Shown here one piece after another: positions 35,390 through 50,099 of a stretch of 64,000 bases of DNA. Made by a program: the position numbers and the translations under genes. Numbering within the stretch: the stretch's first letter is position 1; every line of letters starts with the position of its first letter. Location of the stretch: contig CAJINV010000023.1 in NCBI GenBank assembly GCA_905178155.1, positions 212,722-276,721 on the forward strand. Direction: 5' to 3'. Below the pieces are notes generated by a model, which searched no databases, was not told the DNA's origin, and saw only the letters and a program-made list of their open reading frames with translations. Source of the DNA: Amoebophrya sp. A120 (Eukaryota; Protista; Dinoflagellata).

Positions 35390-36885
35390 GAGCGGGGTCA
35401 CAAACTCATTCGTTAACTCCCCACCGGAGTTACGGACCAACCGGCCGGGTGGTCCTTAACTCCGGTGCCCCAAATGTTGCTTTAGAGAGAGGCAACAACG
35501 AAATTAATCCTTATGCGCCCCCCCGGCGGATAAGCCGGGGGTGGGCCCCATCTTATCCGCGCGCCGACGGGCCGTGCTGGTGTAGCCTAGGCAAAGTGAC
35601 CCGGCGCCCTCATTGCCTGGAGGGCCCGGATATGCCCACAGCATGCCGTCGGTCTTTGTGGTGTTTAAAAGTAACAGGCCCAACATTTGAAAGCGCCACA
35701 CTACCGGGGTTGCTTCAGACTAAAGGGCGACTGGGCAACATTTGGGGCGCGCTTGGGAAATTCGCCACGCAAGAAACTGCCGCGCAAGTAGCAACGGACA
35801 CGCAGTTGCAAGATCAGAGCCAGAATCTGCCCCGCAGAAACTGCTGCCATATGTAGCGCGAGGGCCAAGGAGCTTCCTCGCTTCGCGCCTTCAGGCTATT
35901 GGGTTACTTGCTAGACCATGTCGACGCCGCTTTGCCCTTGGGCAGTGGCCTAGGGTCCGAAGCGAGAGGCGCCGCGGGCTAAAGCTTTGCTCTAGCCTGC
36001 GCGCGCGGCCCCCTGAAGGGGGTTCGCCTGTGCAAACCGATGGCCATGGCTGCCCCTGCTTTTGCAATGGGTTCACTCAAAAAGACAGCAGGGCAGCAAT
36101 GCCCAGGGTTGCGCACCCAGATTCCTACCCACTCTTTTAAATGTGGAGCGCCGTCGTTGGTAAAATTCCCTCCGGTGGTGTGCTCAATTTATATCATCGC
36201 ACGGCAAACACGACCACGAGGGGGGGTAGCCATTTTCTGGGCCCCGGGCCGTGTTGTCCAATGTTTGTGGAAGCGCAAACATTGGCAGCGAGCGCAGCCT
36301 CCGCCGCGGCCGTAGTATTTATTTGGGCCGTGTAACTGACGGCCCCGCGCGGTCCACTTTTGTTTTCCGGCTTTTTCATGCCACCGCCGACCGACGTGCT
36401 TTAACTCTTCGCATCTTCGGCGCGGCGCAAGTGTTCCTTCGCCCGAAGTGCAGGAAGGCAGGCCATGGGGCCCAGTGAGGTTTTCTCGCCTCGCCCGGTG
36501 TTGCAGCCTACTTTTGGGAAACCCGCGCGCGCCCGTTTTGTGCGACGGGTTGTGACTCGCAGCCAGCAGTCGTCGCAAACCCCACACGCAGCGGAGTATC
36601 GCAGCCACGTAGTACGTAGCAGCGATGAGCTGGCTGTTCCCGGTTTTGGTGTAGCAGCGATGACAGTATCGCAGCCACATGACCGGGCTGTTTCCGGTGC
36701 TGGTAGCAGTGATGACCGGGCTGCTCCCGGTTCTGGCGATAGCACTTTATTCCGGGTTGTTCCCGGTTCTGGGGCTCACCAGATAGTACGTAGAGCAACA
36801 TTTTGGGCACCGGAGTTAAGGACCACCCGGCCGGTTGGTCCGTAACTCCGGTGGGGAGTTAACGAATGAGTTTGTGACCCCGCTC
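35390..36885. mobile_element. Non-autonomous PIF/Harbinger-like element
   Basis: About 92-bp TIR gagcggggtcacaaactc... with 1 mismatch; TSD taa/taa; GC-rich interior with short internal repeats; no transposase ORF. Confidence 0.88.
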
Positions 36886-39800
36886 TAATGACTTGATAAA
36901 AAAGCTTTTGCTATGTATGACAATACAGCCTGCTTCTACATCTTAGCCATCACGGTCGCCGAGAATACCATCCTGCAAGTTCCGGCGTCCTTGTGGTTTC
37001 ACCGAGGAAAATCCAAGCACGACGTGTCCATCCTGCGCGATGACGGTCTTCTCGTTTTTTTTGACGCACGTCGACAAGTACGGCGAGAAAGCTACGTTTG
37101 CCGAGCAACGATTTCGGAAGGCGCTGCTATGCTGGAAGAGAAACTTCATGATGACTTTTGGTTTACGAATTGCTGCAACTATGATATGCTCCTCTTGGTC
37201 AGGAAACGCACTCGATTTTGTCATTGATTCCGGTTAATGCATTTTCCATTTTTCACTCATATCTTATGCAGATCAGCACTATCTAGCTAAGTAGCAACCC
37301 AGAAGAAAAATGATAACAACGCATGCCGAAACAGAGGTCTGTAAAGCAGCCGAAGTCACTGAGTTGCTTCCTTGCAATACCTCCGCTGGCGATGGTTGCC
37401 GATGCAGTTTTGAGGGGATTGATATATGAATTGCAATTACAACACGTCGTGGTCTGATTACGAAGTGCGACTCAAATATTATACATGTTTGCTCGCGTTG
37501 TAACCTGACAGAAGTAGAACAATCATCGATATCCCTTTGCTTATGCTGCTAGTGCATCCGTCTGGAATCGACCACGACGTGAGGATTATCGTGGATACTG
37601 TTGCCCTCTGTCTCCTTGTGTTTTTCCAAGGAGCCCTCTGCTGCAGGACCGGGTCGGTGTGGCTCAGCCTCCACGTGGTGCCCATTGACCCGCCACGTGT
37701 CGTGGTCGGAGGGCTGCTCCGCACCGCTGCAGCGTCATCCTCGGCACAACTGCAGATCGAGTTTGCCTCCGCAGTGTTCCGGCGCCTCCTTCGTTTGCTG
37801 CGATCTTCCTGGGCCTGCAGTTGTTGTTTCTTCACCTTTCCCTACAAGCTGTTTTCAGTTTCACTCTGTGCCGCGTCCTGTTGCGGGAGAAGACGGAGGA
37901 TGTCTATCGCCAGCGAGACCACCGACATGACGTACACGCAACGACCTCGGGTGGCCGTCACCGACGGAAACATCAACAGGAACCGGCAACAGCACCTCGC
38001 TCCCCGTGTACGGAAAACAAGCGAAAAGTCGCAGTACCGGGGACCCGTCGACGTCGACTTCTATGCCGGAGGCGGTTGTTTATCCGGTGAACAAATAGAT
38101 GTTAAACAATTAGTCTTGCGGCTGGACTAACAATACAGAAACCTGCTGTCCATCCGTTAATTGCTGACTTTTCGTGGTACGGCTGGTTGTATCGTTCGGG
38201 CACAGTAATTGCCACGATAAAACTGCTACCACGGAGAGCAAAATACGTAGAAATGCATCACCGTACGACGCCATGCAGTTGCAACTTTTGCTATAAGAAC
38301 TACGTGTACAGAAACAGATACAGATGCAGACGAAGAAGATGTAGTACAGACAAAGTCACACAACGACCTGATTGATCAGTACGCATGCTTAGCTGCTTGT
38401 ACTTGCAACTGTTTTTAGGGAAGAGATGAAACCAATTTGAATTTGAACTTGTCTGGCTCTGAGTTCGTCCACGGAATGAATAAAAGAGTCCTCCTACCTT
38501 CTTGTCATGCGTTATCCTTATCGCTCTCGCTCACATTCTGCATGCGAAGAAGCGCATGATCCGGGCAGCAGGCTTCCTTGCTGTCGAAGCAGCGTCGAGG
38601 TCAAGATCGCGAGCGTACGTTATGGAGTTCTCAATTACTTACATTGATATGATATGTGATGCAAGAATAGCAAAATCGAAGGGCCGAGTTTGTCTTTCTG
38701 CTTGCACGTCTTGCATTACAAACCTGGAATGGCAGTGGATTTTTGCCATTTCATTCGGCTCTTCGATAACTACTTGTTATGCGAGCTACCTTGAACTTGT
38801 TCTTGATCTTGGCGTGAAGGCTGATAGGAACTGCGCATGACAAGCTATGTGCACAGCGGGCAGTGTAACCCTTGAGAATCCCATATACGTTCCATAAATT
38901 TTCTTGGGCAGTTTGCAACTCCCGGAGGACAGTGACGCGCTAGCTCCAGGGAAAGTGCTAAAGACGGGCGAGCCGACTGAGTTCGGAGCCTCGGGTCCCT
39001 GGCAGCAGTTGTTGGTCTCAGCGACACTGCAGGTTCCGATCGATTCAGCAGCCCAGCGAAATCTGGCCACAAGGTTCCAGGAGGAAGCTCTCTTCCGCGG
39101 CCCGGACGGGTAAGATAGTACGCATTGGAAGTGTGATGTATTTGCATACAGAAACAAAAAGAAAGATTTATTTTCTGCGCTTTAGAAATACAATCACAAT
39201 AGAAAAAAGTGAGATAATAAAAACGTACAAAAATACAGAATCAAGTACCGAGTCCTGCTGCTAGAAAAAATTCGGACGCTAAAGTCGGACCAGCGTTTAT
39301 GTCTTGCGAATCTTGAGTCAAGCAGGGTCAAAGCAAAAGTTTTTGCAAGAATTAGATAGATTGCTACATGGCGTTTAACCTTAACTAGTAAAGACGATTT
39401 TCTATACCGGATCCGGACTGCATTGCAGCCTAGAAACCCCAAACTGCAGAAACCAGAAGTCCATTGTCATGATTATTGACTTTCCAAGTTGGTTCTGGCG
39501 GCTCTGTTGCGTATACGTATTTGCAAGAAAATCTGATCATTTTTCGTTTGCTTTGGTCCCAACTCCAGAGTCTTTCACATCCATAGGGCCTACACGAGAT
39601 GGTCTACCGACCACCGGTGTCGTCTGAAAACTTTTTGGCGGAACAACGGGCACAGGAATCGGAGGCGGCTCTGTTATGATAGAAAATCAAAAGCAGCTAT
39701 CATCTGAAACAAATAATATAGGTTTTGGTATTGGTTTTTTGCGAATCAAAGAAAAATTTTGCGGCTGGATGATCTTCGGCAACCGATGCACTTGTATTGG

Positions 39801-39939
39801 GGCTGAATTGCGACTCCTCGTCGTGCACTGGAGTGCATGGGCACGCGTCTTCATGTTCTCTTTCTTTGTATGCCCGTCGCATTTGCAGGGCACGAGAGTC
39901 ATTTTGGAACATCGATAGCGCTGTTGATTTTCTACGTGA

Positions 39940-41291
39940 TTGCCGTACTGGCGGGCGTCTTCGTGGCAGCGCGTCTTCTCGCTGTGCGACAACGACTGCA
40001 GCGCGCAAATCAAGGAACAGTACGACAAGAGGATGGCCGAAATCGCAGATGACTTCTCGGTTCTGAATCACGACTACCTAATGGAAAAGGAGCTGCTCGC
40101 GAACTACGGGCTTCTCGAAGTCCGCTTCCTAGCAACGGGCGAGTTTCACGTCTACCTGGACGGGGAAATGCTGGGCAACCTGCGGGACTTGCGGTACTCT
40201 GACCTGTCCGTTGGCGCTATCGACGAAAAGTGGCCCGAGTTCGGAATGCAGCAGTTAAATGTCGACATCTTCAACCTCGCCGGCATCGAGCATCGACGTG
40301 GCTTCGACCCGGACCCGCATGGAGCAACATCGATGCCGGGGGAATCTGGCGGAAAACGGTACCTCACCTGCCAGCCAAGACACGAAACCCCGTCCCCTGC
40401 CAAGCAGTTCCGACTGCCCGGAAAGTCCTGGATCCAGCAGGGCAGGAACGAAGTGCAACACTCGGCGTTCTTTGAGAAGGACTGCGTCCAAAGTAGCTTG
40501 GCGACGTGGTGCCGGGCTGCAAACAAGAGTCTTGCCCAGCAGTACCGCCGTGGTTTGTCCGCGACGCCACTGTTAACGGAGAAGATGGAAACCTGTCCCT
40601 TCGTGAATCAGTACTACACGGAGCAAGAAGTGCGGCGAGCTCGCATTGAGCACGGGTATCCTGTGCAAAAGTATCGTACTCGGAAAACCTGCATCAACTA
40701 TGTTGCGCCGTAAGAAGAAGTTTTCTCATAATTCTCTAATTTGTTTTATCCTGGTCTAGCATGAAAGTTCCACAGACAGGCTACGTGTTTTGCACAAGTA
40801 TTTCGCGATGGATTTCTTCTTGACTTCGGATGCTATTTGTTGTACTAGGACTAGAAACTACGAGGAAGACGAATCTTTTGCAGTGCATACCATTCGGGCG
40901 ACGGCCAAAATCTTGGACGACTTGGAACCGCAGAGCGACTGGCTATTTTCGTCGAAATTCGGCATGGAGTGCAACCACCCGTACATACTGTTGACGCGTC
41001 AGCCCCCGGCTTCTACCGAGGACGAGCACCACACGATGAGCATCATGGCGTGCCTTACCCCCGAATCCAACCTACTGACCGTCAACGCGCTTACGAAGGA
41101 ACGGTTTGACGCGGAGTGTCGTCGGCGCCGCGAGTATGTGGCGGATCTGTTGAACGCGCACACGATGCAGTGGACCCCGGCGTTTCAGGGGCCCCGCCTG
41201 GATCCGGTCCGCGACGGGATCACCGAGGAAGACGTGCGCATCTTCAATGCCGACCTGCTATCCATGGTAAAGACGCGTGCACCGACTCAAC
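39940..41291 (+). CDS. Hypothetical protein or pseudogene exons (partial)
   Basis: GC-rich ORFs 39940-40656 and 40895-41291 join in frame when the element 40657-40889 plus 5 nt is removed. Ends unresolved. Confidence 0.4.
40657..40889. mobile_element. Degenerate introner family B
   Basis: tatcctgtgcaaaagtatcg / cttttgcagtgcata. The TSD is eroded (acggg/ccatt), but a 5-nt offset restores the frame. Confidence 0.6.
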
Positions 41292-42608
41292 TATTCCGAT
41301 TCTTTCTGTGGCGGAACACCCATTCCCATAGCATTAATTGCAACTGGACAACTTCATTGCAACACTTCTGGTTCTGCATAAAAACTGAAATGACAATTAG
41401 GAAAGTCGCATGTAGACGTGGAAGGCTTTTCTGGGTTGCGTAAGTATTACGTTCGCGTTGCAGACGAGCATAGAGGGTTGCTTTTCATCCTTTCTGCCAT
41501 GAAACGTTCTTTGCTTTGTGCAGACCGCTGCGAAAAGTATACCGTAGCAGAAACGAATGGATAAGATGATCATGCACCTATTTGACCATGGATATCCAAA
41601 CGCACAGTATCCATAAAAAGAATTCAAAACTCGATGCTAATCATTGACACAAAGTGGGTATTTCATTCAAGCCACACAAAGGCCTAGTGATACATAAGCG
41701 AACCCGAATAAAGCATCATTGTTCATTATTCGAACATATAGAAATTTCTGTTTTCTCAGCCTACGGCTTCATGTAGAGCGGGCAAAAATCCGAAGCTGGT
41801 GTGGAAATGATATGAATAATTTACAACTTTGTGTGGCAATGAACGCCCTGGGTTGGTGATATCTTTCTGACACGATAAGCAGCAAGCTGACCTGCAAAAT
41901 TTGAACGGCCCGCGCGAGTGGGAAGTAATTGCTGCGGGTGCCGGGGTCGACGCAAACAATCTGGTGTTGGTGAATCATCTGCTGGACAACGACTTGCTAG
42001 CCATGGACGTCGGCGACCATGGCGCCGTCGAAAATGGAGTGCACGAACTCTAGATCATCTGCTGCAACGAAGGAAGACCAAAACGCGGGCGTCTACGACT
42101 GCATCATGACGAGAAGTATAGGTATAGCTGACACTTTTGATATCATTTATCTGCACGAACTCGATGCTGATGTAAAAGGATAAGGAATAGGAAGTGACTC
42201 ATCTGATATATAGATACATCTGCATTTCTTTGTAGCTGCTCGCATGGTATTGGAACGGATGAGGACTGGTGATGACTCCGTCGCAAGTAGTTGCTTCTTG
42301 CATGATAGTGATGCAGTAGATGCCGTGGCTGTGCGCCGCATGGTTTTTTTTGTTGTTTTCGTAATTGTACCTATACGAGATTAATACCGTACGAACCGAA
42401 AACAGATCCGTTGCCGCTCCTTTCGCAAGTTGTAAAGGATCATGTACCTACGTACCATGAAAAAACTCGCTTGTGAATTTTCGCCACGACGCCATTGCCG
42501 GATGGTTCTTCGCGGCAGAGCTTACAGTAGTGCAGAGGAAGAGTTTTCGACGTCGAGCTCCTGGACAGTATGCCAAAATTGGGCATCCTATCATAATCTC
42601 GTTATCAG

Positions 42609-42954
42609 TATCAAGTGCAAGTATTTCCGGGTTTGGAAAGATGTCGAGTCTGTAATGCAGCTTTTGCATTTGCCCCCCGGCCCCGTCAGGTCACGTAGAA
42701 GATCCGGTTCCGGAGTATGCATCGTAGGTTTTACGTTACGTCTGTGAGGTAGTGTTATATTAGCGCCACACGTTCTTTCGGTTTTACGAGGGCCACGTAG
42801 TCCTTACTCCGCATGAGAAACAAGCTCACTACTCGCCTAGCAGCAGAAGAGTGATTTCTGCTTCTTCTTGTCGCGCAAGATAGATTTTTTTCTGACTGAG
42901 AGAGGGCTTCACAAGTTTGCATCCTTCCAGAGCCGGACACGTTTGCCGTGAATA
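42609..42954. mobile_element. Degenerate family A element
   Basis: tatcaagtgcaagtatttccgggtttggaa / ttccagagccggacac; TSD not clear. Confidence 0.5.
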
Positions 42955-45380
42955 TATGCCTATTGAGTTGACAACATTGTTAAAATCTTTTGTGGCATTT
43001 CTTGTCATAGTTTTGATTTTGTTTCTCGTTTCAGTTTCAGTTTCAATTTGCTTGTTTGTCCTCGGACCAGAACATTGCCAATCAGATCGAACCAGAACAG
43101 CAATCCAATCTCTGTCGTACTAAATGTACCCCCTCGTCTACTTGTAAGATACAGTTACAGCCCACCTGTTGTCAGATCAGTACAGAAACTTATTTCGTGG
43201 AATTTCATGTGTTGCGCCAAATAATCTTAATCTGCCGGCAGAGTTTTCTACTTTGCATCCGCCACAACGCGGCAGCTGCCCATGAACGAAAAATGACAAC
43301 GAGCCTGACTTTGAAAATCGTAGCCCCCCCTAAATATAGCAATTCGCAATTTTGTATGATCAATTGTTCGATTCCGCTTGTTGCTGTAGAGATACCTCGC
43401 TTTGTCCTTGTCGACCAACGCCCTCTGATATCCAATGCAAATGTGCCTGGACTTCGGCTTGCAGCGAAGGGAAAGAATACAATCCACGACCCTGGGTTTC
43501 AGTTCTAGCAAAAGCCAAGTGCCAGGTTTGGTATAGGTTGATTTTTGCATCTAGAACACCAACAACCACGTTCCATCTTTGTATCTAGACTGAGGGCCAA
43601 TTCCAAAAACGTGCTCGTCCTCGCATTTCTAACAGACTTTCAGCATGGCGAAGGAAGTTCATGATATCACAGATACATGCTTAAGAGAAGCGTACAGCAC
43701 TAGGTTCACAACTGTGAGCAGAGCCGGGCAAGAAAGTCCAAGGCATGTTTGCAATGCATAGCAGAGGCCTTGCAATCGTCAGAATACGGCGCTACTTCTG
43801 GATTGCCTTTGCTTAGAAATATGAATATCTTCTTGCATCTACAATTACCAAAATTCGAAATGCAACTGTACTTACGTGCTGATTTGCAGCAAAGAAGTAG
43901 CTTGATTTTGATATTTTGCAAGGCAGATAGCTGGATGATGGATTGAAATCGATGTCTGTGCTAGCAGTAGTAACTCCACCCCTTTACATAGTGACAGAAC
44001 TATTGCGCTACGCAATCAAATGACAGCTGCAATGTTCACGCAAAGCAAACAGGAATCCGCTTTGCTCGATGTAAGATAAAATGTATCACACGGCTTTGTG
44101 ACGTCCTCTTTTGCTGTACTTCAAGCGCAAGCCCTGCCACTGCTACTCGAATGATCCGCAGGGAAACGAAAAATACAAATCCTAGATGTGTATTTGATGT
44201 TGGTCGTGGCTCTTTGCCTCTAGTGCGTTGATTTTCAATCGCCAATAGCCGCTTCTTGCTATCTGCCCACAGAAAGGAGAATAGCTACGAAATAAGAGGA
44301 TAGCAAAATCTTCGCTCGGTGCGGCTGTCCGACAGCGGGCGCAGAATGTGATCGCAAGTTGCACACACCTCGACGCGTGATAGCTTCTTAATGCAGGCCC
44401 CGCAAGCTCTATGCGGAACTGCTCCCGGCACAGCTTGGCCGCTGTTTATTGAAGGCTCCCCGGCCTCTGTTTATGTAGGCCCGGCGGAGGAAAATCCGCG
44501 CTGCCCGCATTCGGGCATCACAATCCAAAAATGTGCCACGAAACTTAAACCGCGAAAAACTAAAGGGCAGGACAAAACAACGAACGACAAACGCTTAGAA
44601 GTTGCGCAACAACCCTACTTCATCTTTCCGCGGGCGGAAAGGGGAGGGAGGGGGTGCCCTCCACCTGCTTCGGATTTTTGGCCAGCACAAAGAACCGAAC
44701 TGAGGTCGCTTCTGCGGAAGAGGTTGGGGGGGCACTCCCCCCGTCCCCCGACCGGTGGAAAGGGGTAGGGCTGTTGCACAGCTTCAGCGACAAAATGAGC
44801 GCAAACCCTTCGCGTCATGCTGCTTGCCCTCTACTTGCGGCGCAGCTGCGATTGCCCAGATGAATAAGGCTACGGCAGACCCAAAGATACTGCCGAACGC
44901 CGACCGCGCTAGCTCCTTTGTGCTATTGGCGCCACCACTCAACAAAGCCAAAGCAAAAAAAAATGCATTGCATGAAATCGCCACTGCTTTGGTTCTCTAG
45001 CCAGCACTGCGGATCATCTTGAGACGTGGATGGCGTACGTGCTTCGATATTAAACTTTAGAAATACAGACGTCAGTGGCAGTGCAGTGCTCAAGGGAAGC
45101 GAACAGTGTCTGTGTTCAAGTACAACCAAAATACATGGATAATGGTGACGTGGCCTTTGGCTATTTTACACTCGTGTGACGGTTCGTGTTTGCGTTATTC
45201 TTTGTGGTGCTTTGTGCCTTTTCCATATTTTGGTTGTGCAACGTTGTTGTTACAGCACAGCTCCAGGCGGATCCACATTTTAGTTTTACACGACACAGGA
45301 GATATTACAACAAGTGTAGGACTGTGTCCTGGTCCTTCGAACGGGATATAATCCAAAAAGTCCAAATAGCGTTGCCATCA

Positions 45381-45650
45381 TATGGGATTCTCAAATGTTA
45401 CAGTTACGCTCTCAACTGTTACGACATGCACACTTCCTATCAACCCCCTCCATATGGACATGATCCAGTACTTCGCATGACAAGCTCTCAATGCGCCTAA
45501 CAACATGGAGATCGAGATCCGTTCCACCAACTTTGTAATGCAAAACGCGCAATCTTTGCATTCCCCTGTCCCTCTGAAAAATTCATGTATCATTTGAGAG
45601 CGTAATAGTTGAGAATCATTTGAGAGTGTAATAGTTGAGTTACATTTACA
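45381..45650. mobile_element. Degenerate relative of introner 473-713
   Basis: tatgggattctcaaatgttaca..ctctcaactgttac; right-end ttgagagtgtaatagttgag repeats; right boundary approximate. Confidence 0.6.
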
Positions 45651-47950
45651 TGTTGCCGTCGGCGCCAGCTTCGCGTTTTTTGCGGTAAACTTGAGTTCCA
45701 CAATTCGTCTACCGAAGCCGCCGCTCTGTTTCTTTCCACGAGTCAGTGGCCAGTGTCAATAGGGGACTGGAATTTTCCGGACGAACTCCAGTCGGCGTGT
45801 CTGGCGGGAGGAGCCAAAACCGATCGAGCCTTCACACGCGCAATGGGGGTCTCCAGGCTCTTCCATAATTTACTGGCCGCTTTCATACGGAACAATCAAG
45901 CAGAGTATTGATAGCGCACTTTCAACATTGAAGATGGCGCGGCGACCTACTTATCCCGACTAGCCCATCGAATGGGGCGGGTGCAAAGAACTGCTGTTGA
46001 AGCTTGTATGTAATTCGATATATTGCATGGCTCTTAATCTTATCTTTTTCCATGGTTTGTACTGCAGCGCGGACAAGTAGGAGAAGCAAGTAGCATGATA
46101 TATGTGCTCTTCGAATGGCCGAACCCGAAGGGCAAATTTGATTTGTCATGCCGCTCGTCTCCAGGAATGACATTACTTGGCGCCCCCTCGCTGCTCTGGG
46201 TGGGCAGAAAGATGTTTTAGCTCGGTATCTACCCGTGCCCGAACAAACCGGTTTTCCAATAGAATACATTAATAGCCTGCAGCACCACCAATACTCTGTG
46301 CATGCATAATGTGGCGATGCAGACCTCTTGTCTTTTATCGTTCTGCTGTTATGTTTGTGACATTACAGATACAGTTCTCGTCTGTGCCTGCGATTGTGCA
46401 GCGTTGTCCAGATGATGAGTCTCGACTTACTTGCAGCGCATTGGCCTCAATTTGCTAGTGTTTAATCATGTAGGAAAGGCAGAACCGCGTGCGCCACCGT
46501 CAGGGCCTCGCGATTCTGAGCCATCTGTGCTAGCGTATGAGCAGGATTTCCTCCTTGCGCAAATTTTTGGAAAAAATAGAAATAGAGTAAAACAGGATGT
46601 CGTCTATTGACAGTTTGTCTCTAATTCAACTCATGTTGAGTAGTGTTTTTATTTCATCCTGTAAGCATAAGCTGCAGCTGCTTATAGGATGAAATAAAAA
46701 CGAGCAGCTCTAACAAAGCCGAGACACTTCTTGCGTGCTACAGCTGAGAACGTCACATCTGAAAACCCATACTCCATCATTGTGCTTGTCGCTGCTTCGG
46801 TTCTGGGTTCGCTTTTGGGTCAGGCTCTGGGATATGGCAAGTTCCTCAGAAATCATTCGGCGGAGGACAGGAATCTCAGCTATCATATCCCCCATGATGA
46901 TTCCATTTGCAAATACTTTTTAAAAAAGCTGCTTGACGTGATTGGCTTTAGCGTGGTCCCGCCGTCCTCTTGCAATTTTTCCATCTATTCGCGGAGCCAT
47001 GAACGTCAGCGACAGTGTTGGCGCGACACGACATGAAAATCATCAACAAGAAACAGCGTATCACTCTCGCTGAAGATAGCTGAGTACTTATTCTCCGTTC
47101 TGATTCTGCATTTGATTTCTATAAGGGGCCGTGCTGCCTTTCTTCTTGCGCAAAGTATTGCAGATGCAACGCGCGCGCAAGTCGGGACGCTTCTTCCAGC
47201 GAAGAGAATGCTGCGCTGCGCGATAGCGATCGACGTCCTAATGCACTGCAACTCCTAAATGGGGCAACGAGCAACCTGGGTATCAGAGTGAAAACAAAAG
47301 CGAACTTACCCCAGAAGAAAGAGGCAACTGAAGAGGGGCGGAAAATGTATATTCAAGAATAGCACTCTCTCCATCTTGCGCAATGCAATAATGGTATGAC
47401 TCATGAAAATAACACGACCACCACCCAATGCAAATTCCAATTTGGCATTCGCAGTAAAGATTCAAATTTTGAAGATGGGAAAACTAGTATCATGACATAT
47501 TGAGTTATATTTTAAATTATTTGTGGAGGTAAAAATCGTTGCGTTTTGCACACAAACCGAAGTACCCCTCGGTCATGATGTGTCATGTTTCATCTACATA
47601 GTTCTCCTAGCATCGAGTTCGAAACAGAAAAAGAAAAACTTTGCAAGATTGTGATACAGAGAATTTGCAGTTGAAGCCTGAAACGCCTAAGTACGCTAGA
47701 AGTGTAACAGCTTTATTGCTGTAATCTGTAGTGAAAGTAGAGGCATTCTGGGGTCAGCGCGACTGTTTTCCTGCTGATATGGGAGGACAATGCGTCGAGC
47801 CGCGTCCTTGCAGCCGCGGCTCCTCCTCCTGGCAAACAACGCCTGACGGACATCCAGCAGGAGCACGAGAACAGCAGTGGTTCCGGTGAGACATCCACTC
47901 CTGAGGACCCATACGCAGTTCTTCTGGATCTCCAAAAGCAGCTGTCGGAT

Positions 47951-48260
47951 GTGAGTGCGTCGTTTGCGAAAGTCGACCACGAGAACCGCACCAAGGCACA
48001 ACGGGAGAAGACGATGTTGGACCAAGCGGAAAAACAGCGTGCCGCAGACCGTGCCACAATCGAAGCCTTGCAGAAAGACTTGGACTCGCTCAAACACGAC
48101 CTTAAGCAGAAAGACGATGCCCTCAAGAAGGCAGAACAGGAGAAAACCTATCTGGCGGGCCAGCAAACAAACGCGCACGCTCTGAACCTCGAGGAACAAA
48201 GAAAAAAAGACCGCGAAAAACTGCGAAGGGCGAATGAAAAAATTTTAGAAGTCACGGCGG
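47951..48260 (+). CDS. Coiled-coil-rich exon of a hypothetical gene
   Basis: Charged heptad-like ORF (EALQKDLDSLKHDLKQKDDALKKAEQEK) ending at introner 48261-48410. The frame continues after removal. Confidence 0.4.
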
Positions 48261-48410
48261 TATGAACTGCAATAATATCGTACTCGTATAAGTGCATGGC
48301 AAACTTTCTCAGCATGACAAATAAAGTTTGTATATGCGGACTTTCTTCAAGAAGAAAATTTGTCATGCATGAATGCAATTACTACGACTATGGTACTGTT
48401 GCACAGGATA
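48261..48410. mobile_element. Introner family B, reverse orientation
   Basis: TSD ggcgg/ggtgg. Confidence 0.85.
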
Positions 48411-50099
48411 GGTGGAAAGAGATACCTTGGGTGCCTTTTGGAACGACAAAGAAAAGTGTCAGAGTGCACAACCCCCCTCGCCCTCGTTCTTTGTATTTTT
48501 GCACAAACAGGAATCAATGCAACCACAAACACCTCCGACACGCGCACGTGTGGAGCCTGTGAACGACCAGCTCAGGCACCGTGTCTAGTACTGTTTGAGC
48601 TTTTCAAGGAGTTTGTTATGCAAACAGTGCCACAGGGCAATTCAATAACCAGACTTCGCATGAAAGATGAGGGGGGGGGAGTTGTGCACTTTCATGAACA
48701 AAACTGGGAAAAAGCCGCAAATTCTTACGAAGATGAATTAGAAGAAAAAAGTATGGGGATGGAGGTGATTAATTTTCCCGACGTCTGCTGGCCCTCATTA
48801 AAAAATCTGGTTTGTCAATTGTCATTGTTATACGAGTTTCTCTGCAAAGTGTGCAGCACGATCGCACGAAATTTTTGATGAGATAGCTATCTCAAAGAGT
48901 GGGCACCCCACTCTTCATCCGTCCCGCGGCCGGGGGGGTGGAAAGCGACACGAGCCCCCCTTTCCTCGGACCACCGAACCGGCCTTAATTTTTTTGCGCC
49001 GGTTCCCGTTCCCCTGGCCTGACGGTGGCGGATCTGTCCCATCGTTCACTCGCCCGGCCAAGCGGATGCCTACTCTTTGGGGTGAGTTGTTACCTCGCTC
49101 AAAAAGAGCGGGGCAACAAAATAAAATAGATATCAAAAAAGACGGGCCTACTAACGTGGAGAAACTCTGGTCCGCCCGGCCAGGTGGACAAGAGTTCCCT
49201 CTCTTTTGCTCCCGGAGTTGACGGTTCGCAGAGCTGCCCCCATTCCTCGCCGCGTCAGCGGATCGTCGGCTGCAAGCTCCCCATGTTGCTTAGCTTTTCT
49301 TCATCGTTCATCGTGGCGGATGGGGGTTGCAAATTGAACCAGGATCAGGTTTCCGTGGTCGCCGGAAAAGTGTGACGGCCCATCGTGCACCGTGTGGTCG
49401 CTAGATTCAGTGCGCGGTTGCGGATTTTGCGGTTGCGAGTTAAACGAGGCGCGCAACCTGCGGGCAAGGCCGCAGCGGAGACCTGTTCCCACGCTACTCA
49501 CCTCTACGAGGGGACACTGAAAGCTCGCGGGTGTACCACCACACCCACCTCGACGAAGGGGAGCTGAAAGCAATGTCTTCGTCGACAGGAGGAACTTGCA
49601 GTCGACGATCCGCTGACGCGGCGAGAAAACGGGGGGCACTCTGCGAGCTGACGTGTACCAACGCATGGCAAGTCCCCAAATAAGTAGGCATGTTGTAGTG
49701 GGTTATCAGTGGGCCAGCAATGCTCCACAATTTTACCAATCACCTCCCTGCTATAACGAATAAAGAGATTGAATCTCTGAGGCGGAACGCGGCGACAGCA
49801 GCACCGGAAGCGCGGCGTGACGGTAACCCCGAAGGCGACGGACAAGCTCGCGCCCGAACAAGCCTGGATGGTCCGGGTACACAGGAGCAGCCATCGTATG
49901 AAAGTGCACAGCTCGGACCGTCTTTCGTCATACAAAAAAAGGCGCAAAACCAAAAGAATCTGTTCTGTCCACCCTTTCCCTTTCTTGGCAATAAAATACT
50001 GATATTGCGTACACGTTGCAGCAACCTCCAGGTGGGGGCGATCACTGACATGCTTCACGAGAGGTACAAAACGAGCGAGCATTTGTCATTCAGATCTAC

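Noticed and set aside
35390-36885. Autonomous Harbinger transposase
   Set aside because: Only short GC-rich ORFs, with no DDE or Myb-like motifs visible.
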